DNA from: an uncultured Candidatus Saccharibacteria bacterium
GTDB taxonomy: Bacteria; Patescibacteriota; Minisyncoccia; SW-4-49-11
Direction: 5' to 3'
Assembly: GCA_964585065.1 (NCBI GenBank)
Contig: CAZPCB010000001.1
Coordinates: 14,037-78,036, forward strand
Length of the DNA stretch: 64,000 nt
Of the stretch, positions 1 to 11,035 are shown in pieces (the first letter of the stretch is position 1; each line of letters starts with the position of its first letter). The position numbers and the translations under genes were made by a program. The notes below the pieces were generated by a model. It saw only the letters and a list, made by a program, of their open reading frames with translations. It had not been told where the DNA came from and ran no database searches.

Positions 1-1
1 A

Positions 2-1354
2 GAAGCTTATTATCGGCTTAATGGAGGTAAATTTACTAATGAATCACAGCAGACAGCCTATGAGTCTATATTAAATGAATTGGGTAGCAGGGTTCAGCAA
101 GAAAATATTATCAATCAATCTGAAAAAGAAGTAAATCCTACCACTACTCAGGAAGTGAAAGATGAAACCATAAATTCAGAGATTAGTAATAGTGATGAAG
201 GTGAAGTAAAGGCTCAACCTGAGAAATTTGTATTCTCTTCCCCAGAACAAAATCAACAATATACGAGTAAATTATTAACTGTTTTATCAGAAAAGCGTAT
301 TACAGAATTACAAAAACAACAACAAAAGCGTAAAACTGCAGATATTATTGGCTTTGTAGCAGGAGGAAGTCTACTTACAATAGGAACTTTATTAGATGCG
401 AATAGAGCAAACTTAGCGTCACAAAATACTATTGAAACAGCTCCTCCAGCACCTGACTTGCCAACACCAGAAGAATTAGATTCTGGTAAGGGTATAGCCA
501 AAGAAGTTACTCAAAACTTATCAGCCGAACAGATTAAAGATATATCCGAATTAAGTAGCGGGGAAACTTTAATTGGAGAAATTACCAAAAAATTAGGGGC
601 TAATGCTACTGAAGAACAAATTCAACAAGGATTAGAAACATATATGCACACATCACAAGGTTCAGAAACCATATTTAATTTAGCAAGTCAAACTGAAGCA
701 GGAAAAGCTCTATTAGGTCAATTAGGAGTAGATAATGCTGGAGAGTTATCACAATTATCCAATACCGATTTATATGAAATCACTCGACATTTAGGAACAG
801 GGCCATTACAAGGATTAGATAGCCTAGATTTACAGAATATTACGGCTTCATCCGTAAGCTCCCCAATAGAAGTGGTTTCAGTTACAACCGCTACTCCAGA
901 ACAATTATTGAGTAAATTTACGCAAGCACCAGATATATTAGATTTCCCAGAAGGAGCAAAACCATTAACTCAAATCAATAATTATATTGATAGATTTGCT
1001 GGAGATTTACCTCATGACTCATCTCTCGGACAAGAAGTATTAACAACATATTTGAATACTCCAGAAGGAAAAGATTGGTTATATGATGCTATTGTCAATA
1101 ACCCTGAGAGATTATCAGGTAATCAGAATATTCAATTTGTAGAAGAATATTTCCGCCAAAAAGGTATTAAATCAGGTGCAGATATTGATTGGGTTAATTT
1201 AACTCAAGATAAAAGATTCCCAACCTCTATGTTTTGGAGAGAGACTTCTTTGACAGGAGGAAGAAAAATCCCACCATTATCTACTCTTTTGAAACCAGGT
1301 ACAATGCCAGGTATCAAGAAAGCACTTGAGCAAGTATTAACATTAAAACAATAA
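2..1354 (+). CDS. Large hypothetical protein, 5'-truncated by the window edge; one TM-like segment
   Basis: The frame is open from position 2 to TAA at 1354; hydrophobic stretch IIGFVAGGSLLTIGTLL; no family recognised. Confidence 0.75.
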   Translation, partial: EAYYRLNGGKFTNESQQTAYESILNELGSRVQQENIINQSEKEVNPTTTQEVKDETINSEISNSDEGEVKAQPEKFVFSSPEQNQQYTSKLLTVLSEKRITELQKQQQKRKTADIIGFVAGGSLLTIGTLLDANRANLASQNTIETAPPAPDLPTPEELDSGKGIAKEVTQNLSAEQIKDISELSSGETLIGEITKKLGANATEEQIQQGLETYMHTSQGSETIFNLASQTEAGKALLGQLGVDNAGELSQLSNTDLYEITRHLGTGPLQGLDSLDLQNITASSVSSPIEVVSVTTATPEQLLSKFTQAPDILDFPEGAKPLTQINNYIDRFAGDLPHDSSLGQEVLTTYLNTPEGKDWLYDAIVNNPERLSGNQNIQFVEEYFRQKGIKSGADIDWVNLTQDKRFPTSMFWRETSLTGGRKIPPLSTLLKPGTMPGIKKALEQVLTLKQ

Positions 1355-1355
1355 T

Positions 1356-1769
1356 ATGGCAAATCCAGAAGACAATATTATCGCATTATTAGGACTAGAA
1401 GATTTACCTGTTGAGAATAGAGCTCAATTGGTAGATGAGTTAACCCAAATTCTTGAAGTTCGTGTACTCAGTGCCGCTTATGATACCCTTAGCGAAGATC
1501 AGGCTAAGCAATTAGATACATTACTCAATGATAATAATCCAGAAGTAGTAACTACCTATATTCAAGAAAATGTTCCGACTCTTAGCGATATATTTGCAAA
1601 TCAAATAGAAGTATTAAAAGAGGAATTAATACAGCATAAAGAGGAAATTACCAAGAATTTGACACAAGAATTAGAACTTGAGCATAATCACGATGAAGTA
1701 GGTCATACTCATGATCATGGAGAAGAGCATATTCACGCAGAAACAGCAGAAGAAAATCCCACAGAATAA
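1356..1769 (+). CDS. Small acidic helical protein (CPR DUF5663-like) with His-rich C-terminal tail
   Basis: 137 aa ORF starting 1 nt after the upstream stop; LGLEDLP motif; tail HNHDEVGHTHDHGEEHIH. Confidence 0.7.
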   Translation: MANPEDNIIALLGLEDLPVENRAQLVDELTQILEVRVLSAAYDTLSEDQAKQLDTLLNDNNPEVVTTYIQENVPTLSDIFANQIEVLKEELIQHKEEITKNLTQELELEHNHDEVGHTHDHGEEHIHAETAEENPTE

Positions 1770-2876
1770 TTATCCAATTACGGGTATAGAGAATCTAGTT
1801 TCAGGATTTGATTTACGAACTTTTTTGGCTTCAAATGTATTGAGATAAGCATATAAATATTTATGTACTTGTCCTTCAATAGATAATATATCCTGAATTA
1901 TTAGCATATATTCTACAGCTTTACGCTTCAGAATAGGATGCATATCCTCAATAATATTGAGACCAGTTACAATAGAGCTATAATTATACGGAGTAAAGAA
2001 TATTCCATTTGCTTTTATTAATTCTTGATTATATTCTCCTTTTGAAGCAAGAACAGGAATTCCTGCAATCAGAGCTAGGGATAGAGGATATTTATCTTCA
2101 TTATTAGGAGAAATCTCTACAAATATATGAGCATTTTGAATCAGAGACTGTTCGGTATTCCCGCTTAATTCTCCTACAAAAAGTATAGTATCATTTTGAT
2201 AAGCCTCACGTATAGCGGGCTTTACTTTACCCAGTACAATAATAGGAAGATTCAGATTATGTTTGCGATATGCCTTTAACCATAATTCTAAACTCTCAGA
2301 ATCTCTATATTGCCCATTATGAACCAGAATATATTCTTGAGGGTATAAATCTTTGAAATTATTTTGAGAATTTACAATAGAAGTAGTATCAATTCCTGTT
2401 GGTATACTATATACTTTTGATTTAAAAGAAGAGTTGAATAGAGTTTGTAATTCTGGATTATCTATAATCAAAGAATCAGAAAATTGAGCAGATATATAAG
2501 AGAGTAGCATATAATGTCGCCTATTCTTTTTGCTATTGACAAAAGTATATTGATGATAATCAAAAATAACCCGTACTTGAGGCATTTGTAATGATACCCA
2601 AAAAGCTACCCAAGCATATTCTAGGGATCTAATATGTACAATATCAAGATTTTCTATTTTCTTGAGCTCACGAATAATGGACTTAACTTTAGGTTGACTT
2701 GGAATAATATGAATACCCTTATATTCCGTTAATTGGGTATAATTAGGGTCTGAGAGCACATATACAGAATGCCCTCGTCTTGCCAATTGAGTCGCTACAA
2801 TTTCACAATTATACTCATTTCTATCTCGAGTATTTTGATATGGAATTCCTCTGGTACCAACAAATGCTATGACCAT
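1770..2876 (-). CDS. Glycosyltransferase, GT-B fold (family 4-like), divergent
   Basis: N-terminal IAFVGTRGIP...LARRGHSVYV; C-terminal LALIAGIPVLAS; start placed at ATG 2876. Confidence 0.8.
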   Translation of the reverse strand: MVIAFVGTRGIPYQNTRDRNEYNCEIVATQLARRGHSVYVLSDPNYTQLTEYKGIHIIPSQPKVKSIIRELKKIENLDIVHIRSLEYAWVAFWVSLQMPQVRVIFDYHQYTFVNSKKNRRHYMLLSYISAQFSDSLIIDNPELQTLFNSSFKSKVYSIPTGIDTTSIVNSQNNFKDLYPQEYILVHNGQYRDSESLELWLKAYRKHNLNLPIIVLGKVKPAIREAYQNDTILFVGELSGNTEQSLIQNAHIFVEISPNNEDKYPLSLALIAGIPVLASKGEYNQELIKANGIFFTPYNYSSIVTGLNIIEDMHPILKRKAVEYMLIIQDILSIEGQVHKYLYAYLNTFEAKKVRKSNPETRFSIPVIG

Positions 2877-2948
2877 ATGAGATATTAGTTCTACAGACAA
2901 AAACTATAGCATAAAATAGCAGTTTTGTCAATTTCTGATATTATTTTT

Positions 2949-3201
2949 CCACCCCTCAAGAGGGGAATTAGCTCAGTCCACACCCGTCGACTTCGTCGAC
3001 ACCCTCGCCGGCGAGGGAAAGTTTTATTGTCCTCCTTTGGAGGAGGTGGCCGCTAGGCCGGAGGTGGATAGAGTTTGAGTTTGTATTTTATCCACCCCGT
3101 CCAGCAAAGCTTGCCACCCCTCAAGAGGGGAATATATACAATGTACTGTCCTAAAAATTCCCCTCTTGAGGGGTGGATGTCTTTAGACAGACGGGGTGGA
3201 A
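2949..3201. repeat. Cluster of five GC-rich REP-like palindromic units (REPIN-like inverted pairs)
   Basis: ccacccctcaagaggggaat at 2949 and ~3114, its inverse at 3157; related units at 2977-3019 and 3030-3070. Confidence 0.85.
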
Positions 3202-3205
3202 AGTA

Positions 3206-4159
3206 TTACAATAATTCTCTATTCACAAAATACACCCCTGCATATCCATTGGCAAAGCTATCAGCAGTAATAGTATTTTTCCCCTCTACAGTTAATTCTT
3301 TAACCGCAATATTACCTATTTTTGTCCCAATAATCAGATTGTGATTGACAGAATCCAATTGCCAATATCCTGGCTTTAGCTTAATATCAGATATATGCTC
3401 AAGATCTAATCTATCGAATACAATCTTTTTGTCTGTATTGAGATATGTATATATTTGAGGCCAAATAGTATAAGCTCTATAGGCATTCATAATATCCTCG
3501 GCTGATTGACTCTCCCAATCAATAAGCCCATCTATTTTTTGAACCATTTTCACAAAACTAGCTTTAGCATCATCTTGAACCCAGGTAGTAATTTCTCCAT
3601 TCATAAAAGGAATGAGATTTTCTCTCAGTATATCAGCAGCAACAGTGATAACTTTTGCCTCAAGTTCAATATAGGTATCAGTAGGGGATATAGTTATTTC
3701 TTCCTGAGCAATAATAGGTCCATGATCCATCAAATGATCAATTTCCATCAAACTAACAGCGGTACTCTTGTCCCCATTACGGAGGCTCGCCTGTATAGGA
3801 GATGGTCCACGATATTGAGGTAATCTAGAAGGATGAATATTCAACACCCGATGAGGCATAATATCTAAGATAGCCTGCGGAATAATTTTGCCATAGGCAA
3901 TTATTAGCCAAATATCAGCAGATAATGTACGCAATAATTCACTAGTCTCAGGAGTTTTGAGAGAAATAGGACTATACACGGGAATAGAATTACTTTCCCC
4001 AAATACTTTGAGGGGACTAGGAGTTAAAATTCTTTTACGCCCCTGCGGAGTATCAGGAGTAGTAATAATAGCCACAATATTAGCCCAATCGAGTAGGGAC
4101 TCAGCAATAGCAACCGTAAGCTGTGGAGTACCCCAAACTACAATACGGGGTTTAGACAT
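3206..4159 (-). CDS. fmt: Methionyl-tRNA formyltransferase
   Basis: WGTP, AYGKII, NIHPSRLPQYRGPSPIQ and MDHGPI motifs; adjacent to def. Confidence 0.95.
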   Translation of the reverse strand: MSKPRIVVWGTPQLTVAIAESLLDWANIVAIITTPDTPQGRKRILTPSPLKVFGESNSIPVYSPISLKTPETSELLRTLSADIWLIIAYGKIIPQAILDIMPHRVLNIHPSRLPQYRGPSPIQASLRNGDKSTAVSLMEIDHLMDHGPIIAQEEITISPTDTYIELEAKVITVAADILRENLIPFMNGEITTWVQDDAKASFVKMVQKIDGLIDWESQSAEDIMNAYRAYTIWPQIYTYLNTDKKIVFDRLDLEHISDIKLKPGYWQLDSVNHNLIIGTKIGNIAVKELTVEGKNTITADSFANGYAGVYFVNRELL

Positions 4160-4670
4160 ACACTTTCCCACTTTGTTTTAGCTTTACAGGAAGAGCCTTA
4201 TCCGCAAATAATACGCCATCAAGATGATCAATTTCATGTTGCAGGATTCGAGCAAAAATTCCAAAAGCCTTACCACCAATTTTCTCACCTTTTAGATTAA
4301 GCCCCGTAAATTCAATACTGGTAGGGCGAATCACATCAGCAAAATATTCAGGTAAAGACAAACACCCCTCTTCCATAGTAGCAGTATCGTTACTCAAAGC
4401 GGTTAATTCAGGATTAATAATTACATAATGCTGATCAAGAGCACAATCCTCAAATCCTGACTCTTCAAAATGCTCTCCTGGTACATTAATCAAAATCAAT
4501 CGCACATTATGTCCGACTTGTGGAGCAGCAAGCCCCATCCCATGATGAGGTCTAATACTAGATTTCATATCTCGAGCTAATTTATGAATATCTCGAGTGA
4601 TAGAATCAATAGGTTCAGATTTGGTACGGAGAATAGGATTTTTAAGCCCTGTTTCAATATCAAGAATCAT
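4152..4670 (-). CDS. def: Peptide deformylase
   Basis: GMGLAAPQVG, EGCLS and QHEIDHLDG motifs. Confidence 0.97.
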   Translation of the reverse strand: MILDIETGLKNPILRTKSEPIDSITRDIHKLARDMKSSIRPHHGMGLAAPQVGHNVRLILINVPGEHFEESGFEDCALDQHYVIINPELTALSNDTATMEEGCLSLPEYFADVIRPTSIEFTGLNLKGEKIGGKAFGIFARILQHEIDHLDGVLFADKALPVKLKQSGKVYV

Positions 4671-4729
4671 ATAATACTATAACAATTTGTTACTATATTA
4701 TAGCATAAATTAGTCAAAAAAGCAAGATA

Positions 4730-6667
4730 CTACACCAAATTCGGAGGATTGATTTCGATTTCCTGGCCATATTCCAATATAGGGACTAATTTGCGTTTGA
4801 TAGAGGTGGCTTGTTTGGGAGTGGTTTGTATGGTGAGGGTAAAGCGATACAGTCCTTTGCCTCGAGCAATATATTTTTCTAAAGGTCCAAGGGCTCGTAT
4901 ATGTATACTGGATAAAGCCTCTTTGATGCGGAGAGCCTGGGCTAGAGATTTGGATCTGATATGATGTTGTGAATGTATGGCGATAATCTCATATTGCGGG
5001 GGATAATGATACAGATTACGATTCTCATATTCTTGTTCCCATAGCTCGGCAATGGGGTGATTGAGTATGGTATGAATATGTGAGGGGCTTTCCTCATCAC
5101 GATTCCAAGCAGTGAATGTCTGTATTAGAGTTTTATCACTATGCATTATAAGTTCGGATAAAACCTGTATTGACTTTTCTCGAATAGTATAATCGGGGAA
5201 ATTGACCAGGGATTCAGCGGAGGGGATAATGGTGAGAGTTTTCGGAATTATATCCAGGAATTTGTGTATCATACGCGTGGTGAGGAGAATTGCAGGTTTA
5301 GTCTGATTAAAATTATCTATAATACTTTGTTGATGCTCAAGATTGCTGGCGGTATCACTAGAAAGTACAAAATGGGGGGTATTGGGGAATAAGGATTTAC
5401 TAAAATCTTCAATTTTCTCAATTCCAATTCCTCCTTGATGTAAATTGAGGGATTTGCATTGTGGGCAAATATGTATCATCTTGAACCATTTATGTGAGCT
5501 ATGGGATAATAATACTTGATTCTCGGTATAATTGGGTATGGCTTTTGGTAAAGTGTCTACACGATGCACTGTGAGCAAAGTTCCTGTTTTGGGGTCTCGG
5601 AGGTGATATCCACAATCGCGGCAAGATACATATAGGGATTCTCCTCGGCGATTGACATATATAATGGCGGATTGATTATTTTGTAGAGATTTCTGTATAG
5701 CTTTTTGGGCTGGTATTGATAATAAATCTCGGTTTCCCTTATAGAATTCTGTCTGCATTTCAATCAAATTGATTTTGGACTTAGGAATATGGGGATATAC
5801 CTCAGTGGGGAGACTGAGATTATGAGACTCTAATAGAGCAAGAGTACTAATGCTCGGAATAGTGGAGGCGAGGGTGATATGGGCTTGATGTAATTTGGCT
5901 ACCTCGACCGCAATACTGGTGGTATGATAATGAGGTTTGGTGTCAAAAGAATAATAGGATTCAGAAGATTCATCTTCTATAATAATATGAGTTAAATGCT
6001 GAAAGGGTAAGAATATATTGCTTCTCGTTCCAATAATAATCTTAGCCTCTCCTGATTTTACCTGAGACCAAGCGGCCCTCTGAGCGGTTATGCCAAGTTG
6101 TGAGCTGATAAGGAGGGGATTATAATCTACAAATTCACGGGAAAGTCTTTCGAGGCTAATAGTATCGGGTACTAATATCAGTATTTGGCCTATATTTGAT
6201 TTGAGAATGGTATGATAGTGTTTGATTCTTTTGGAGAGAGTCCCGAGGAATGCTTTAGGGATATAATCAGGGCCTAATTCTATTTCAGGAGAGGGGACAT
6301 TGAGTATATTCGGGTAGCGTTTTATTTTGTTCGATAATTTTGGCAGGAATAATTTGATAATATTGCCAAGAGCATGGGCATAATAATTACTCATCCATTG
6401 GGCTAAGTCCAATTGTTGGCTTGTTAATAAGCTATTATCAGAAAATCGCTTACGAATTGGCTTGGGGCTGAAGCTTGCAAATTTCTTTAAATCTTGTTTA
6501 GCATTTGTCAGCTCTTGACAAAAATAAACAATTGCTGTAATATCTGTGTTACGAACTTCCACTAATATAAGAGTTCCCGGGAGAATGCTCTCGGAAGCAT
6601 AATAGGTCAAAGTTTGACTTATTTGACCAGGGAGTTTGATAAGAGGGACAACTTGCAAAATATACAT
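4730..6667 (-). CDS. priA: Primosomal protein N' (PriA), degenerate helicase motifs
   Basis: N-terminal 3'-DNA-binding-type domain, IIIGTRS, NRRG, CRDC/CPQC and YPP motifs; priA-def-fmt synteny. Confidence 0.9.
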   Translation of the reverse strand: MYILQVVPLIKLPGQISQTLTYYASESILPGTLILVEVRNTDITAIVYFCQELTNAKQDLKKFASFSPKPIRKRFSDNSLLTSQQLDLAQWMSNYYAHALGNIIKLFLPKLSNKIKRYPNILNVPSPEIELGPDYIPKAFLGTLSKRIKHYHTILKSNIGQILILVPDTISLERLSREFVDYNPLLISSQLGITAQRAAWSQVKSGEAKIIIGTRSNIFLPFQHLTHIIIEDESSESYYSFDTKPHYHTTSIAVEVAKLHQAHITLASTIPSISTLALLESHNLSLPTEVYPHIPKSKINLIEMQTEFYKGNRDLLSIPAQKAIQKSLQNNQSAIIYVNRRGESLYVSCRDCGYHLRDPKTGTLLTVHRVDTLPKAIPNYTENQVLLSHSSHKWFKMIHICPQCKSLNLHQGGIGIEKIEDFSKSLFPNTPHFVLSSDTASNLEHQQSIIDNFNQTKPAILLTTRMIHKFLDIIPKTLTIIPSAESLVNFPDYTIREKSIQVLSELIMHSDKTLIQTFTAWNRDEESPSHIHTILNHPIAELWEQEYENRNLYHYPPQYEIIAIHSQHHIRSKSLAQALRIKEALSSIHIRALGPLEKYIARGKGLYRFTLTIQTTPKQATSIKRKLVPILEYGQEIEINPPNLV

Positions 6668-6796
6668 ACATATAGTATACTCCATTAACAGTAAAAGTGA
6701 ATATACAATTTATACATTCACACAAAAGAACAGAATTAATCTCTAACAGATATAATGCCTGTCATTTACTGTTATCTAATTAATCATTTATATATT

Positions 6797-7252
6797 ATGA
6801 AGAAGTATCATATGACCCAATCAGGGCTAGAAAAAGCACAAGTAGAACTTGAGGCTCTTTTGGTACGACGCAAGGAAATTGTTGAGAAAATTAAATTTGC
6901 AAAAGAGCAAGGAGATTTGAAAGAGAATTCAGAATATCATGAAGCTAAAAATGATATGGCTTTTAATGAGTCTAAAATTTTAGAGCTGGAAGATTTGATC
7001 CGCAATGCAGAAATCATTGAGGCTCCAAAGCAATCTCAATTTGTATCAATAGGGTCTCGTATCAAAGTGAGTGGAAAAAGAGGAGAAAGAGAATTCCTTA
7101 TTGTAGGAGCTTCTGAAGCTAATCCGGCTGAAAGTAAAATTTCAGATGAATCTCCACTTGGATCTGCTTTTATACATCGTAGTGTCGGAGAAGAAGTAGA
7201 AGTTGCAACTCCTGCCGGAACTCAACAATATACTATTATTGAAATTGCATAA
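6797..7252 (+). CDS. greA: Transcription elongation factor GreA
   Basis: GDLKENSEYHEAK and ISDESPLGSA motifs. Confidence 0.96.
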   Translation: MKKYHMTQSGLEKAQVELEALLVRRKEIVEKIKFAKEQGDLKENSEYHEAKNDMAFNESKILELEDLIRNAEIIEAPKQSQFVSIGSRIKVSGKRGEREFLIVGASEANPAESKISDESPLGSAFIHRSVGEEVEVATPAGTQQYTIIEIA

Positions 7253-7286
7253 TTTAGTCCTATCTACTGTATTTAGCTAGAGAATA

Positions 7287-7328
7287 TGTCCTCCCTTGGG
7301 GGAGGTGCCCGTAGGGTGGAGGAGGATA
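7287..7328. repeat. Single REP-like palindromic unit
   Basis: tgtcctcccttgggggaggtgcccgtagggtggaggaggata resembles 3028-3070 and the reverse complement of 47755-47799. Confidence 0.75.
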
Positions 7329-7397
7329 CGGTTCGGGTTTATATTTTATCCTGATTCGTTTGCACAAATAGATAGTATTTGGTATTATAACAATAAT

Positions 7398-8879
7398 ATG
7401 AGTAAGTCATTTTTTGTTACCACACCAATTTATTATCTCAATGGAGAGCCTCATTTGGGGCATTATTATGCAACCACAATTGCTGATGTATTAGCACGCT
7501 ATAATCGCAAATTTGGAGAGGGGGCTTTCTTTTTGACAGGAACTGATGAGCATGGACAAAAAGTAGCTGAGGCTGCTAAAAAAGATAATATAACTCCCCA
7601 AGAATATACCGATAAATTATCTGCTATTTGGGAAGGAGTTTGGAAAGATTTGGATATTAGCTATGATTATTTTATTCGCACCACTAATCCTACTCATAAG
7701 GCTTTATGTCAATTTGTTATTCAAACATTATTAGACAGTGATGATATATACCCTCAAGAATATGAAGCCTTATATTGTGTAGGAGCTGAATCATTTGTAA
7801 CACAATCTGAATTGAGAGTAGGAGGATTATGCCCTGATCATGATGAAAAGCCTCAAATTGTATTAGAGAAGAATTATTTCTTTAGACTGAGTAAATATAA
7901 AGCGAAAGTTCTTGAGTTAATTGAGAATAATACTATTCATATCTCACCAGAATCTCGTCGTAATGAAGCAATTGAGCTACTCAAAAACCCCGAAGTGGGA
8001 GATTTCTCCGTGACACGAGAGAAAGTAAGCTGGGGGATATCTGTGCCATTTGACACCGAGCAGACTTTATATGTTTGGATAGATGCACTATTCAATTATA
8101 TGTCAGGAATATTAGCAAAGAAAGACATCGATATTAATTCTTTATCTCTGGATGAAATTCTTGATAATATTAAGGATATTTGGCCACCAGATTTACATAT
8201 TATTGGGAAGGATATACTCAAATTCCATGCAGTATATTGGCCAGCTTTTCTTTTGGCCCTCGGAGTGCCAGAAGAGAATTTACCTAAGACTATTCTCGTT
8301 ACAGGATTTTTCCTCTCTGATGGACGCAAAATGAGTAAAAGTATTGGGAATGTCATAGTGCCCCAAGATATTATTGCTTATTTTGATGAGATAACTGATG
8401 GTCTTGGTAATGATATACTTCGCTATGTGATCCTGAGAGAAATGCGAATTGGTAATGATGGAGATATTACTAAGGAGAAAATTATTGGAATTTATGAATC
8501 AGAACTTGTCAATAAATTTGGTAATACTTTTAGTCGTGTGATTGGAATGGCAAAGAAATACGATATAGAAATACCTCATGAATCAGGAGAATTGTCTCAA
8601 GATTATCATAATGCATTACAAAAATATGATATATATGAGGGAATACATACTATATTTGAACAAATAAATCTTATTGGACAAGAAATAGAGTTTCATAAAC
8701 CTTGGGAATTATATAAAGAGGGGAAAACTGAAGAATTAGAAGCTCTTATGAAAAATTGGCTTGAATCCCTACATCAAATTACTGATTTAATTGAGCCGAT
8801 AATGCCATCAACCGCAAAGTTAATGAAAAAACTTCTTGCAGGTGAGAATATTCATATATTTCCACGAATAGAAGAGTAG
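7398..8879 (+). CDS. metG: Methionine--tRNA ligase (short form, no C-terminal tRNA-binding domain)
   Basis: TTPIYY, HLGH, GTDEHG, YVWIDAL, GKDILKFH and KMSKS motifs. Confidence 0.96.
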   Translation: MSKSFFVTTPIYYLNGEPHLGHYYATTIADVLARYNRKFGEGAFFLTGTDEHGQKVAEAAKKDNITPQEYTDKLSAIWEGVWKDLDISYDYFIRTTNPTHKALCQFVIQTLLDSDDIYPQEYEALYCVGAESFVTQSELRVGGLCPDHDEKPQIVLEKNYFFRLSKYKAKVLELIENNTIHISPESRRNEAIELLKNPEVGDFSVTREKVSWGISVPFDTEQTLYVWIDALFNYMSGILAKKDIDINSLSLDEILDNIKDIWPPDLHIIGKDILKFHAVYWPAFLLALGVPEENLPKTILVTGFFLSDGRKMSKSIGNVIVPQDIIAYFDEITDGLGNDILRYVILREMRIGNDGDITKEKIIGIYESELVNKFGNTFSRVIGMAKKYDIEIPHESGELSQDYHNALQKYDIYEGIHTIFEQINLIGQEIEFHKPWELYKEGKTEELEALMKNWLESLHQITDLIEPIMPSTAKLMKKLLAGENIHIFPRIEE

Positions 8880-8945
8880 ACTTCTAGCAATATTATAGAG
8901 TATATGATATAATGAGGTATAAAATAATACCTATACAGTGTTTAT

Positions 8946-10433
8946 ATGAAAGAATACGAAGCAGTGATCGGGATGGAAGTACATGTCGAGTCCAAAACAA
9001 ATTCTAAAATGTTCTGCTCCTGTATAAATGGGAGAGGATTAGAAGATAAGCCTAATATTAATATTTGTCCTATTTGTACCGGTCATCCTGGAACTTTACC
9101 CGTTCCTAATCGTGAGGCTTTGGTCAAAATAACTCGATTTGGGCAAGCTTTGAATTGTAAAATTTCCGATTATACTTGGTTTGAACGTAAAAGTTATTTT
9201 TATCCCGATTTGCCAAAGGGGTATCAGATTACCCAATATGAAAGACCTATTTGTTATGAGGGAAATATTGAAATATTAACTTCTAAGGGGCCAAAATATA
9301 TTCGTATTACGCGAATTCATATGGAGGAGGATACAGGTAAATTATCTCATATTAATGGAAAAACCGTTGTAGATTATAATAGAGCTGGACTTCCTCTGAT
9401 GGAGCTTGTGACTGAGCCTGATATTCGCAATGCCGAGGAAGCAAAAATATTCTGTGAAGAATTACAATTAATATTGCGTTATCTTGATATATCCGATGGA
9501 GATATGGATAAGGGACAAATGCGTTGTGAGGTGAATATTTCTCTTCGAGAAAAGGGTACAGAAGCTTTTGGGACTAAAGTAGAAATTAAGAATTTGAATT
9601 CATTTCGCGTAGTAGAGCAGGCTATTGAATATGAAATTATTCGCCAAACAGAAGTTATATCACAAGGGGGAGGGGTAGTGCAGGAAACCAGAGGTTGGGA
9701 TGATGCGAAATCTATTACTTTTAGTCAGCGTAAAAAAGAAAATGCCCATGATTACCGGTATTTTGTGGAACCTGATATTCCACCTTTTGAGACATCTGCT
9801 ATTGTTACTGATGCCGCTTCTATTACTGCTGAACTTCCTATTGCCAAGAGAAAGCGATTCCTGGATGAATATCAATTAGCTATACAGCAGGTTGAGATTT
9901 TGGTACGAAATAAGGCTTTAGCTGATTATTTTGAGCAAACAGTATCTGAATTAAAAGCTTGGATAAAAGCTGATACAAAAGAATTTACTGCTGAGGAGAA
10001 TAGCAAATTAATCAAATTATCTGCCAATTATCTTCTCACCGAGCTTATTAAACATTATTCTGAGAAGGGGTTAACATTTGATAACTCTCCTATTAGTCCC
10101 GAGAATTATGCTGAATTTATCAAAATTGTATTTAGTGGAGAAGTATCATCCACAGGAGCTCAGACTTTATTATTGCAAATGATTGAGACAGGTTCAGACC
10201 CGAGTGATATTGTAGAATCACAAGGATTAAAGCAAGTCAATGACACGAATGCTTTGCAAGGAATTGTGGATCAAGTCATTACCGAAAACCCTAAAGTTGT
10301 GCTTGACTATCAGAATGGGAATGAAAATGTGTTACAATTCTTAATAGGGCAGGTAATGCGCTATTCTAAGGGTAGTGCTAATCCACAAATTGCAAGACAA
10401 ATTCTTCACGATACTATTACTCAGAATAAATAA
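8946..10433 (+). CDS. gatB: Asp/Glu-tRNA amidotransferase subunit B
   Basis: IGMEVHV, YFYPDLPKGYQITQ, HMEEDTGK, VEIKNLNSF and DYRYF motifs. Confidence 0.97.
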   Translation: MKEYEAVIGMEVHVESKTNSKMFCSCINGRGLEDKPNINICPICTGHPGTLPVPNREALVKITRFGQALNCKISDYTWFERKSYFYPDLPKGYQITQYERPICYEGNIEILTSKGPKYIRITRIHMEEDTGKLSHINGKTVVDYNRAGLPLMELVTEPDIRNAEEAKIFCEELQLILRYLDISDGDMDKGQMRCEVNISLREKGTEAFGTKVEIKNLNSFRVVEQAIEYEIIRQTEVISQGGGVVQETRGWDDAKSITFSQRKKENAHDYRYFVEPDIPPFETSAIVTDAASITAELPIAKRKRFLDEYQLAIQQVEILVRNKALADYFEQTVSELKAWIKADTKEFTAEENSKLIKLSANYLLTELIKHYSEKGLTFDNSPISPENYAEFIKIVFSGEVSSTGAQTLLLQMIETGSDPSDIVESQGLKQVNDTNALQGIVDQVITENPKVVLDYQNGNENVLQFLIGQVMRYSKGSANPQIARQILHDTITQNK

Positions 10434-10439
10434 TCAGAT

Positions 10440-11030
10440 ATGCAGATTCAATGGCAAAATAATACGACAATTACAATCAAAGGAAAAGATTATCGCGTGA
10501 TTATCAATCCTGTTGAAGCTGAGAGTGGGAAATTTATTATACCTCAGAAAGAAAATGATTTACTGATATCTACTAAAGCCATTGATATAGACAATGTAAA
10601 GGGATTTCATATAAATGGGGCTGGGGAATATTCTTATCAGGGAGTGACTGTTCGAGTTGCTGCAATTCGGCAAATTGAAGATGAAGATAAAATTAATCTT
10701 ATTTCTCTTTCGGTGGAAAATATATTAGTAGCCATAGTATTTGGTATTAAAAAAGAATTGACTTCAGAGGATTTGGAATTCATTGGTAGTCCAGATATTC
10801 TCGTATTATCATTGAGTGAATCATTTGGGTCTGAGAAATCTTTACATCTTATTAATGCTATTGAGCCTCGTATTGTAATCCCAGTATATACACAGGATTC
10901 ACAATTACAGGGATTGGTGAGTGAATATGGGGTAAAACAAGAGCCTCAAGATGACTTTAGTATCAAAAAATCAGAGCTTCCATTCGATATTGTCGAAATC
11001 AAACCCCTTATACAGCAGATTAAATCTTAA
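10440..11030 (+). CDS. MBL-fold metallo-hydrolase-like protein (Lactamase_B_3 type), metal motifs degenerate
   Basis: [10 protein letters not shown] and IEPRIVIP motifs typical of this CPR family; no HxHxDH visible. Confidence 0.65.
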   Translation: MQIQWQNNTTITIKGKDYRVIINPVEAESGKFIIPQKENDLLISTKAIDIDNVKGFHINGAGEYSYQGVTVRVAAIRQIEDEDKINLISLSVENILVAIVFGIKKELTSEDLEFIGSPDILVLSLSESFGSEKSLHLINAIEPRIVIPVYTQDSQLQGLVSEYGVKQEPQDDFSIKKSELPFDIVEIKPLIQQIKS

Positions 11031-11035
11031 AGACT

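Noticed and set aside
2949-3201. Possible CRISPR array
   Set aside because: The units are inverted, heterogeneous and irregularly spaced; there are no constant repeats with unique spacers and no cas genes
3075-3344. 89-aa ORF, and the similar 74-aa ORF at 56640..56864
   Set aside because: Their similarity (KNSPLEG) comes from translating the REP-like repeat; the first also overlaps fmt antisense
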